A stretch of DNA of 63,812 nt, the filler included, from Octopus bimaculoides (lineage: Eukaryota), in assembly GCF_001194135.2 (NCBI RefSeq). It is 6 parts of 5 records of this genome, joined end to end, with 100 filler letters (N's around TTAATTAATTAA, not from the genome) between each part and the next. Parts side by side here need not be neighbours in the genome. Positions count along the whole stretch, not along the records: positions 1 to 18,373 come from NC_068985.1; positions 18,474 to 31,938 come from NC_068986.1; 4 more parts are not named here. One strand, given 5' to 3'. Under the pieces are notes generated by a model. It searched no databases and had not been told where the DNA came from. It saw nothing but the letters and a program-made list of their open reading frames with translations. The position numbers and the translations under genes were made by a program. Positions within the stretch are counted from its first letter, which is position 1, and the number at the start of each line of letters is the position of its first letter. Shown in pieces: positions 11,928 through 21,205 of the stretch.

Positions 11928-12105
11928 ATAGATCGCTAGCCACTACACATTCTTTTTTTTCTCTCCTTGTTTCATTCTGTGTTCCTTTCTGTGGAAGAGC
12001 GTAGGCTCGAAACGTTAAAGACTTCTTCCCTTCCCGAGCGTTATGCTAATACATCTGTTTGTTGTCTACACCACCTGTCTTCGTCTTTTGTTATTTTTTA
12101 AAAAA
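11928..12105 (+). mobile_element. PLE pseudo-LTR-like repeat with a hammerhead-like motif
   Basis: Abuts the 5'-truncated endonuclease in opposite orientation and contains gaagagcgtaggctcgaaacgt. The pLTR identity is inferred. Confidence 0.55.
11985..12020 (+). ncRNA. Variant minimal type-I hammerhead-like motif (A6 is U)
   Basis: Stem I cttt/aaag; core ctgtgga plus an extra a; stem II gagc-gtag-gctc; GAAA; palindromic A-CG-T stem III; H17=U. Confidence 0.5.
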
Positions 12106-12110
12106 ATCTC

Positions 12111-12143
<33 letters not shown>

Positions 12144-12146
<3 letters not shown>

Positions 12147-12605
12147 ATTAAGGGTATCTAAAAGATACCATCATGCTAGAGATAGCAGTCAAAACTTAAC
12201 TCTAAAAGCACGTAAAATATTCATACAGCACGAGGAGAGAAGACAACGAGACAAAATAAACNNNNNNNNNNNNNNNNNNNNNNNNNNNNNNNNNNNNNNN
12301 NNNNNNNNNNNNNNNNNNNNNNNNNNNNNNNNNNNNNNNNNNNNNNNNNNNNNNNNNNNNNNNNNNNNNNNNNNNNNNNNNNNNNNNNNNNNNNNNNNNN
12401 NNNNNNNNNNNNNNNNNNNNNNNNNNNNNNNNNNNNNNNNNNNNNNNNNNNNNNNNNNNNNNNNNNNNNNNNNNNNNNNNNNNNNNNNNNNNNNNNNNNN
12501 NNNNNNNNNNNNNNNNNNNNNNNNNNNNNNNNNNNNNNNNNNNNNNNNNNNNNNNNNNNNNNNNNNNNNNNNNNNNNNNNNNNNNNNNNNNNNNNNNNNN
12601 NNNNN

Positions 12606-12638
<33 letters not shown>

Positions 12639-12800
12639 TTATGCACTGGTGAAGCAAAGCATTCTAATGCAGAGCTATAAATAATTTTTTTGTCTCTTTG
12701 TCTTCTCTACTGGTGCTGTATGAATATTTGATGTAGTTTTAGAGTCAAGTTTTGACTGCTATCTCTAGCATGATGGTATCTTTTAGATACCCTTAATTAT
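12144..12800. repeat. ~115-bp inverted repeat pair flanking an N gap
   Basis: 12144-12258 is the near-exact reverse complement of 12686-12800. A more diverged copy lies at ~50590-50655. Confidence 0.85.
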
Positions 12801-13062
12801 AATTTTAACAATAATTATTACCTATGAGATTTTTATTCCCATGCTAGCTACTTGATATGATCGGTGCTGGCCAGATTGGACCAACCTCGAATATAATCAA
12901 CCGAAATTGCAAAGATAATCTGGAACTCGACTGAGGAAAGAAAACTCCGAATGACCCGTCTCTGTTTTCTTTGTATCGTCTATCTGGATGTTTTGTTGTC
13001 CCTTTTTTGTATCACCTAACTGGCTGGATGTTTTGCGTTCTTGTCCCATATTTGTATTTTAT

Positions 13063-13093
<31 letters not shown>

Positions 13094-13659
13094 TGTATAT
13101 ATATTTATGTGTGCGTGTGTATGTGTATACACACTTACATACGCATACATATTTATATAAACCTACGCATGTGCATACATATACATATGTGTCTATGCAT
13201 GTACAGGTGTGTGAATGTGCGTGCATGCCAGGAAATCTGTAAAGTACGTTATTCTTCACTTGGAAAAGGAAATAATACTTTGAAAAGAAAAGTGTTCAAT
13301 GTTTTATTTCATATGTACATTTTTATGTGTGTGTGTGTGTGTGCGCGCGTGAGCGTGTGCACGCGCATGCACGCGTGTGTGAAACTGACAAACTGAATAC
13401 AATTTCTTATAAATATTTGCAGTTTTATTTTGATTACAAAAGCAGCAACTAGCAACTTCAGAGGAAAGTCTCTTACTGCAGTTTACCTGCATTTAGAGCC
13501 TCTGACTATCACTCACTCCCACACTGTCCGTTGTTTCAGTGTAACTGACAAGACATACATTGCATTTTATTATTTGTAAGATATATGACACATATCTATA
13601 TATATAAAACACATTTATATATGTATGATATAATATAATATAATATATGTATATATACC

Positions 13660-13708
13660 GTCTCCGATGAAGGGAGACATTGGATTTTCCCTGAAACAGC
13701 TGTAAGAC
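13660..13708 (+). ncRNA. Minimal type-I hammerhead ribozyme (PLE-associated type; U4 is C)
   Basis: Stem I gtct(13660-63)/agac(13705-08); core cCGATGA 13664-70; stem II aggga/tccct with a 12-nt loop; GAAA 13693-96; palindromic CAGCTG stem III; GUA cleavage triplet 13702-04. Confidence 0.82.
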
Positions 13709-13911
13709 TTTATCCATAAAATATAATTCTAACTTTGCCATTGGTCTCTTTATCCTTTTCTTTCTTTATACATACGCACGCTAATACACGACCTATGTTA
13801 TATTCCCCACTCATGTTGCTACAACGACAGGGGCAAAACTAGTCGGCATACAGCACTTACTCGGTATTACCTGTATCTTTAGGGTTTGGTTGACTCCAAA
13901 ACCCTTCATAA

Positions 13912-13942
<31 letters not shown>

Positions 13943-14129
13943 NNNNNNNNNNNNNNNNNNNNNNNNNNNNNNNNNNNNNNNNNNNNNNNNNNNNNNNNNN
14001 NNNNNNNNNNNNNNNNNNNNNNNNNNNNNNNNNNNNNNNNNNNNNNNNNNNNNNNNNNNNNNNNNNNNNNNNNNNNNNNNNNNNNNNNNNNNNNNNNNNN
14101 NNNNNNNNNNNNNNNNATATATATAAATT

Positions 14130-16330
14130 AAAAACGTAAAAATAAAAACAGAACACAAAGGATTCCGCGATACACGTGTTTCAAGCTTTATAGTCGTTGC
14201 ATCATTATATCGGTATATAATTGATAGACAGGATGGTATAAAGCTATCTTCAGACGCAAATATATTCTTTCCCAAATATTATATCACAAAGAAGAAGTCA
14301 CCAAGAAAAAAGTAAAAGAGAGAGAAACATGAGAGATGAAAAGTGGGAGTCCACTTGGTATTGTCCATTGTAATATCCATTGTAATATCTTTATCCTTTA
14401 AGATGATACATTTACATAAAAGTTCATCGGTACTCCGAAATCTGTCCATATTGTGTCACAATTCAGGGTAGAGTGAATGCTAAATAAACAATACTAGCTT
14501 ATATGAGCTAGAAGGAGGGGGTCCAAAAAGGAAGAAGTTGGAGGTTAAAACAATATAAAATACGAAGAAAACAATATAAAAAAATACACAAATATTAATA
14601 CAAAAATAATAGAAGTCAAATCGGGGGGCGGGGGTAATATAAGAAACAATAAGAAAAAATCCGGATAATAAAGTAAGATGCATATAAACTATTTAGAAGG
14701 GATGGAGAAGGGTGGTAAATATAAAAGTAAAGAAATAAAATAACAGAGTTAAAAAGAAGGGGGATAAGAAGAAACCTAAAAGTAGAAAAAAAGAGAAATA
14801 AAGATAGATAAAGAGATAAAGAGATCTAAAAGGGTGAGGTCGTAAATGACAGACATACATGATGCCAAGACTAGTGGTGGGTCATAAATAACGCCAGGCT
14901 AAAGAAAACTAAAGAAAACTTGAAATATGATATCCTTGTGGTGAGTGGTCAGTTTAGCCAAAGTACATCACTACAACTTAAGTATACGAACTTATCTATT
15001 ATATTGGTACATACACTTATCTAAAGGATAAAAGGATGATGGAAGTGGTAAATGGTAATTAGAACATAAAAGCCAAAACAATGAATAATTAGAAAATGTA
15101 AACAAGAAAAAAAGTTATAAAATTTATAGAAAATATAAAGGGGAAAACTAGGGTTGGAAGTTAAAATTCAAAATACAGAGTACTGAGAACACTTCAACCG
15201 TAGTAATATAATATAATAGTAATATTGTATTACATAATGTAATAGTGATAAGAAATAATAACACCAACAACAATAATGCAAAAAAGATAAAAAAACATAG
15301 TGGTTTGAAAAGGTACATTGATTAGAAGAATATTGTGGTTGGGGAAGTTACGGTTTATCCATTAGTGTAAATTATATGGCATAGTGAAACTACTACTATA
15401 ATCGTGTTTTAATCATTGGGTATTGGTGTATAAATATAAAGAAGTCTGGGTTTGCATCTCCTAATTGATACTAGTATAATATTATTATAAAAACATTCCA
15501 GTGATGAGTGTTGTTTTATGTTACTTTTGTGTATTGTAGCGTCATTCGAAAGCTTCGAGTCAGTGACTGAAAGTTTTAGAAATTTTTCTGTAAATGTGGG
15601 ATTATGGATCCTCGGTTATTAAATATGTGTGTATATTATGGGGTCAGAATCTAGCTATGCGAGGGTAAACTGAATGATTAAGGTACATAGTCAGGTTGGG
15701 GGTAGAGTACGGGCTTCGTTAATTCAATGTCTGAATTGTGGCAGGAAGGATCTGACGTGGGAGTTACTAATGAGAGAAGGTTTAGAAGTGCTTATAACTA
15801 AAAAGAGAGGACTTAGGGATTATAATATCTAAAGGTTTTAATCATTTTATGCACACAGGAAAGTTTGAAATCTGATCTCTTATTAATTAGCTTATTCTTA
15901 TCAAGGAATCTAATAATTTTCAATAGTTCTAAGGAACATAACTGGCAACCAGTTCTATTATCTCTATACGTTGCGGCCGATCCAACTATGGACCATCTAA
16001 GGTTAAAATTAATGTTATCGTCTTTAAGCTCCCAAATTCTACGAGATAATGAGGTGCTATTAGCCTTATGTCTGAGTCTAAACGAAGACCTGTGGTTATA
16101 AAACCTAGATTTCCAGGATGAAGAGCATCCAAGGTAGGTGAGGGTGTTAGTTTCCGTAATTATTTCGCAAGAGTATACTACGTTTTTAGCTAGGAAGTTT
16201 CCACGTAAAGGACATGTCGATGGTGTTACACAATTGCATCCGATATTATAGTTGGTAGGCCGTCTTATGTTTGCATTTGTAGGATAACTGCTTATAGTAT
16301 TGGGATCTTTTTGGTTTGACGGACAACACT
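14130..16330 (-). mobile_element. 5'-truncated Penelope-like element (GIY-YIG, long 3' region, hammerhead-bearing end)
   Basis: Endonuclease frame at 16337-15813 and a same-strand hammerhead ~1.55 kb downstream. Continuity across the low-complexity 3' region is inferred. Confidence 0.7.
14167..14257 (-). ncRNA. Type-I hammerhead ribozyme at the 3' end of a PLE
   Basis: Minus strand gcgt-CTGAAGA-t-agctttata-(44 nt)-tataaagct-t-GAAA-CACGTG-TA-tcgc. Intact core, perfect 9-bp stem II, palindromic stem III, GUA triplet. U-U mismatches at the stem I and stem II junctions. Confidence 0.8.
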
Positions 16331-16337
16331 TGTTTTC
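15813..16337 (-). CDS. PLE GIY-YIG endonuclease C-terminal domain; stop-free 174-codon frame with no start codon at its 5' end (first ~10 codons overlap the MITE junction)
   Basis: Manual translation: GCNCVTPSTCPLRGNFLAKNVVYSCEIITETNTLTYLGCSSSWKSRFYNHRSSFRLRHKANSTSLSRRIWELKDDNINFNLRWSIVGSAATYRDNRTGCQLCSLELLKII..LINKRSDFKLSCVHK..YYNP*. Confidence 0.85.
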   Translation of the reverse strand, partial: ENKCCPSNQKDPNTISSYPTNANIRRPTNYNIGCNCVTPSTCPLRGNFLAKNVVYSCEIITETNTLTYLGCSSSWKSRFYNHRSSFRLRHKANSTSLSRRIWELKDDNINFNLRWSIVGSAATYRDNRTGCQLCSLELLKIIRFLDKNKLINKRSDFKLSCVHKMIKTFRYYNP

Positions 16338-16888
16338 TTAACGAAACACTTTCAAACTTGGGATACTGGTAGAATGTGTCATATAAAACGTCTTTTTATC
16401 TTAGCCTTCTTAACAAAAATTAGTTCTTAATAAGTTATTTCATGTTAAAGTTGTCGTATTTGTGTAATTTCAACCAATCACTGACGTCTATTGAGGTGAA
16501 AACAATTACTGCCGTAGAATATAAACAACATATTCTAACGGTGTCATAGTATCTTTTCCCTTGAATAAAATTAGTGCCGTTGTTTGTCAACAACAACTAT
16601 CGGCGGTAGTTATTTATAACATCGTTCGTGCGTCTGGGTTAGGGTTCAGGTTTTAGAGTTAGGGTTAGGGTTTTAGGGTTAGAGTTGGGGTTAGGGTTAG
16701 GGTTATGGTTATGAGTTATAGGGTTTTAGGGTTAGGGTTATGAGTGAGGTTATGGCAAAAATAATCATAACCATAACCGTAATGCTAAAACTAACCCTAA
16801 CTCTAAAACCCGAACCCTAACCCTAAAGCTAAAACCAGTACAAACGCATGAACGATGTCATAAATAAGAGTAACACGGGTAGTTATTG
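16333..16888 (+). mobile_element. Foldback/MITE-like element with an internal head-to-head telomere-type array (right end lost in gap)
   Basis: Terminus ttttcttaacgaaacactttcaaacttggga, the same as the reverse complement at 35004-35034 except for one base. Internal palindrome centred at ~16760. Confidence 0.75.
16636..16836. repeat. Degenerate (TTAGGG)n followed by (CCCTAA)n
   Basis: G-strand units 16636-16755 and C-strand units 16766-16836, flanked by inverted ttatttataacatcgttcgtgcgt / acgcatgaacgatgtcataaataa. Confidence 0.9.
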
Positions 16889-17683
16889 NNNNNNNNNNNN
16901 NNNNNNNNNNNNNNNNNNNNNNNNNNNNNNNNNNNNNNNNNNNNNNNNNNNNNNNNNNNNNNNNNNNNNNNNNNNNNNNNNNNNNNNNNNNNNNNNNNNN
17001 NNNNNNNNNNNNNNNNNNNNNNNNNNNNNNNNNNNNNNNNNNNNNNNNNNNNNNNNNNNNNNNNNNNNNNNNNNNNNNNNNNNNNNNNNNNNNNNNNNNN
17101 NNNNNNNNNNNNNNNNNNNNNNNNNNNNNNNNNNNNNNNNNNNNNNNNNNNNNNNNNNNNNNNNNNNNNNNNNNNNNNNNNNNNNNNNNNNNNNNNNNNN
17201 NNNNNNNNNNNNNNNNNNNNNNNNNNNNNNNNNNNNNNNNNNNNNNNNNNNNNNNNNNNNNNNNNNNNNNNNNNNNNNNNNNNNNNNNNNNNNNNNNNNN
17301 NNNNNNNNNNNNNNNNNNNNNNNNNNNNNNNNNNNNNNNNNNNNNNNNNNNNNNNNNNNNNNNNNNNNNNNNNNNNNNNNNNNNNNNNNNNNNNNNNNNN
17401 NNNNNNNNNNNNNNNNNNNNNNNNNNNNNNNNNNNNNNNNNNNNNNNNNNNNNNNNNNNNNNNNNNNNNNNNNNNNNNNNNNNNNNNNNNNNNNNNNNNN
17501 NNNNNNNNNNNNNNNNNNNNNNNNNNNNNNNNNNNNNNNNNNNNNNNNNNNNTATATATATATATATGTATGTCCACGTTTTTTTGTGACGTCCTGTACC
17601 CAGATATGCATCTATATATACATGTAGATGTAGGTATGTACATACATGTACGTATATATGCATCTACTGACATATTATTTGTA

Positions 17684-17780
17684 TTAGAAGACACTTGCCC
17701 TAGGTTCCACACAGTAGGACTAAACCCGGAACCATGTGGTTGGTAAGCAAGCTACATACCTCATAGCCACTCCTGTGCCT
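17684..17780 (-). mobile_element. SINE family A, 5' part
   Basis: Reverse complement of the family A head (gaagacacttgccc..cccggaaccatgtggttggtaagcaagct..agccactcctgtgcc). Confidence 0.8.
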
Positions 17781-17788
17781 ATATATAT

Positions 17789-17870
17789 ACAGTGTACCCC
17801 CGCTCATTCACGGAACTAATATTTCTTCGCGGAATCGTAAATATCATCCGCGATTGTTTATGGCTTTTTT
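17789..17870 (+). mobile_element. Possible pogo/Tigger-like MITE left end
   Basis: TA followed by cagtgtacccccgctcattcacgg resembles Tigger-type TIR starts. No right TIR is visible before the gap. Confidence 0.35.
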
Positions 17871-18473
17871 TTTATGGCAATATATACTTGTTCACATTTT
17901 TTAAGGACAAATTATTAATAATAATATACTGGACATCCCTTCGCAGCTGAAGGTCCCTCTGATTAGAATAGCCGCGCACCACGTCGCTTGATATTTTTAG
18001 ATACAAGTATACTGTATCTTGTATCTCTTATTCCTGCTTTTAATCAAAGCTTGCTAATTAGTATAGCGACATCTATCTATATTTCACACATACACACTGT
18101 CTCTCCCTCTCTTGCTGAATTTGTCTCTCAACAACACTAACCTCGTATTGTAGTGAAAGAATACACACACAGTGTATCGCACCAGTATTACTTGGTCTAG
18201 CGATGGGAGATCAAAGATATATACAATACGAGACTGAACGTTAATTTTATACTAGCACTTTTTAAAAAAAATCATCGCTACATTTGATCATACACATTGT
18301 TTATTTCAACAGGATAATTAAAGTCGTGAGCCAATATAGCCTTATTGAAATTAGGTTGCTTGCCGATCTCTCTNNNNNNNNNNNNNNNNNNNNNNNNNNN
18401 NNNNNNNNNNNNNNNNNTTAATTAATTAANNNNNNNNNNNNNNNNNNNNNNNNNNNNNNNNNNNNNNNNNNNN

Positions 18474-18625
18474 TTAAAGGTGTGAGTGCCAGGCAGAACA
18501 GGAGTGGAGAGAGCGTGTCTCCCTGGAATATTCCTCTTCTAATGGGGATGGCTTTCGTTTTCACAAGTCCCTCTTTTGTTTGGAGCTGTAGCACTGTCTG
18601 CCATTTGTTCATTGAGTGCTCTATG
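18474..18625 (-). mobile_element. Dong/R4-clade RT fragment
   Basis: NKWQTVLQLQTKEGLVKTKAIPIRRGIFQGDTLSPLLFCLALTPL. Confidence 0.88.
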
Positions 18626-18656
18626 TATTTTATGATAATTATTATTATTATTATGA

Positions 18657-18990
18657 AAGGCAGTAAACTAGCAGAATTGTTAGCACGCTGGACGAAATGC
18701 TTAGCGGTATTTCGCCCGTCGCTCCGTTCTGAGCTCAAATTCCGCCGAGGTCGACTTTGCCTTTCATCTTTTGGGGTCAATAAAATAAGTACCAGTTGAA
18801 GACTGAGGTTGATGTAATTGATTCACCCTCTCCCCCAAAATGGATGCCCTTGTGGCAAAATTTGAAATCATTATTAATATTATTATTATTAAAGGTAGCG
18901 AACTGGCACAATCGTTAGCACGCCGGGCAAAATGCTTAGCGGTGTATCGTCCGGCTTTACGTTCTGAGTTCAAATTTCGCCGAAATTTAT
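18657..18990 (+). mobile_element. tRNA-derived SINE family B: one near-full copy (18657-18870) and a 5' part (18892-18990)
   Basis: A-box-like ctagcagaattgttagc, B-box-like gagctcaaattcc / gagttcaaattt, and body ccgaggtcgactttgcctttcatc. Confidence 0.88.
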
Positions 18991-19120
18991 GTAGCAGTGA
19001 AATTGACAGAACGTAAAGACAGACAGTCATAATATACAAACATTTCTCATGGAACCAGTACACTGTTTACAGATGCTTACATTTTTTATGTTTTCCATGA
19101 ATTTTTCACAGGTCTAGCTA

Positions 19121-19124
19121 GTTA

Positions 19125-19179
<55 letters not shown>

Positions 19180-19261
19180 CATTATTATTATGATTATTAT
19201 TATTATGATTATGATTATGATTATTATTATTATTATCATTATTATTATTATTATCATTATG

Positions 19262-19314
<53 letters not shown>

Positions 19315-19315
19315 C
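19121..19315 (+). repeat. (TTA/TCA)n microsatellite
   Basis: ~190-bp trinucleotide run; source of the poly-Asn and poly-Ile ORFs. Confidence 0.97.
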
Positions 19316-19526
19316 CGTTTTGTTCATCATGTACAAGTACGTGTGTATTCATCATTATTTTATTTATTTTATTTAATTTTAGAAACGTATTTAACTTATT
19401 TTATGCGNNNNNNNNNNNNNNNNNNNNNNNNNNNNNNNNNNNNNNNNNNNNNNNNNNNNNNNNNNNNNNNNNNNNNNNNNNNNNNNNNNNNNNNNNNNNN
19501 NNNNNNNNNNNNNNNNNNNNNNNNNN

Positions 19527-19569
<43 letters not shown>

Positions 19570-19641
19570 TCTCACACACATATACATGTATGTATGTATG
19601 TATGTATGTATGTATTTATGTATGTATTTATGTATGTATGG

Positions 19642-19643
19642 AA

Positions 19644-19694
<51 letters not shown>
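19642..19694 (+). repeat. (TAG)n microsatellite
   Basis: Direct tandem run. Confidence 0.95.
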
Positions 19695-19866
19695 AACTAT
19701 CCTTAGTCGCAGAATTGCGTTGTTGCGAATCGCAATAAGTACTCACTGCGTCTGAGGGCAGAGTTTGTTATTTGCTTTTGTGTGTATATGTAAGTTCATG
19801 CGAGCGTGTATGTATATGCATATGAGCATATTTACATGTGCACATATGTGTGTGTGGTGTGGTGTG

Positions 19867-19915
<49 letters not shown>

Positions 19916-20811
19916 TGTGTACCCATACACATATCTATTTACGTCAATACTCAGAAAATCACACACACACCACACACGCACGCACAAGCCATATATATTC
20001 CTTTGTTACTTTCCGTTTCTATATTTGTTGCTCCTTCATTTTATTGTATTGCATTATAATGTTCTCTTTATTTCCTTCTTTTATGGAAATGAATGAAATT
20101 ATTATTACTGCTGCTGTTGTTGTTAACTTGTGGAGTTTCGATGAGTAAGGATTTGTTAGCTGTTTGACAAGTCCAGGGATTATTTTCAATAGGACACGTC
20201 CAGTAACGAAATGTTGACTTAGGTGGTTTATGTGGTCGCATTTTTTTCTTTCTCATTGTTCATAGCTACTAACATGTGAAATGCAGGTCTAATGTTTTAT
20301 AAGTGTTATTGTCATTGTTATTATTATCAATTCGTCATAAAAGGTAGGGAAGTGCTATGCTGTCTGTAGTCTTTCTTTGAACTGGTGAAATCAATACAAT
20401 TATTATTTTTTTTATTCGGTCTGAAATTCTTTAGGATTGCGAGTGTTGGGAAAGCGAGTAAACGTGAATAGAAAGTGAACTGTTGGCGGTAGAAGCTTTA
20501 GGAAGGAATAATTAGGAACATATCTGTACAGGTCTGGAGAATAAGATCTAGCAGATGTAACGAAAGAAGATGGAAACGGGTGGCTCATGTGGGCTTGGGT
20601 AGAGAAGTATGCGGCTTGCGAGTTCAACGGGAGAAAAGGCCATTGGAAATGTGGTAGAAGATCTGGAGAGAGAAAAAACAATGTCTGGGTGTCAGTGGTC
20701 GTAGACGGTTGTAGTTTTTGTGAGTGAATCTTTTTCATTCAGTACACTAATTGTATTTAGGAAGCAGTCCAGTTTCTTTTCTTTTTTTCTTTTTCTTTTT
20801 CTTTACATCAG

Positions 20812-20914
20812 GTTCAAGAGGACGAGCGAGGCGGAAATGTCGAGCATTGAAGATGACAAAAACATCTGGCCTAGAGTTACAACATCCGACTCAAGAAAGC
20901 TATGGTGTTGTTGA
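20812..20914 (+). CDS. Candidate terminal coding exon of an unidentified host gene (..FKRTSEAEMSSIEDDKNIWPRVTTSDSRKLWCC*)
   Basis: Long polypyrimidine tract 20773-20805 and CAG acceptor ending at 20811. Non-repetitive, higher-GC sequence. C-terminal Cys-Cys. AATAAA at 21672. The reading frame is inferred; a second frame (GSRGRARR..SEME*) is also open to 20978. Confidence 0.45.
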
Positions 20915-21119
20915 AACGCCTACAGAGCTACTTCACCGCCTGATGAGATATCGACCCCTACATTCGGAGATGGAGTAGAGCAGCATCAGCAACACACCTG
21001 TGTTTACCCTCAAAACGTAATTGCAGTGCTGTCCAAAATAAGGGAGATGTGCACCAATATGGATCTAACTAGAGTTTTGCAGAAATTAAACAACTGATCA
21101 GAGCTATGTCCTACAGAGA

Positions 21120-21205
21120 AAGCCTAGTCTATATGAGGTAGTAGTATTACTAATGTGACACTACAAGCCTAGTCTATATGAGGTAGTAGTATTACTAATG
21201 TTACA
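21120..21205 (+). repeat. 41-nt direct duplication (period 45)
   Basis: aagcctagtctatatgaggtagtagtattactaatgtKaca at 21120 and 21165. Confidence 0.95.

Noticed and set aside
12925-12965. CTGAGGA..GAAT..GTC motif
   Set aside because: A15.1 is missing and stems II and III do not pair.
16636-16836. Ancestral telomere-telomere chromosome fusion site
   Set aside because: The inversion extends into non-telomeric flanks of a dispersed repeat with a second TTAGGG-bearing copy at 34.7 kb. A mobile-element origin is simpler.
18418-18429. TTAATTAATTAA islands centred in N runs (also 31983, 35454, 59832, 61072)
   Set aside because: An identical 12-nt palindrome with stops in all six frames, set between two ~44-N blocks. 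This is a scaffolding spacer, not biology.
20905-20955. GAAAC..CTGATGA considered as a type-II hammerhead
   Set aside because: Stem III and stem I cannot pair as required.
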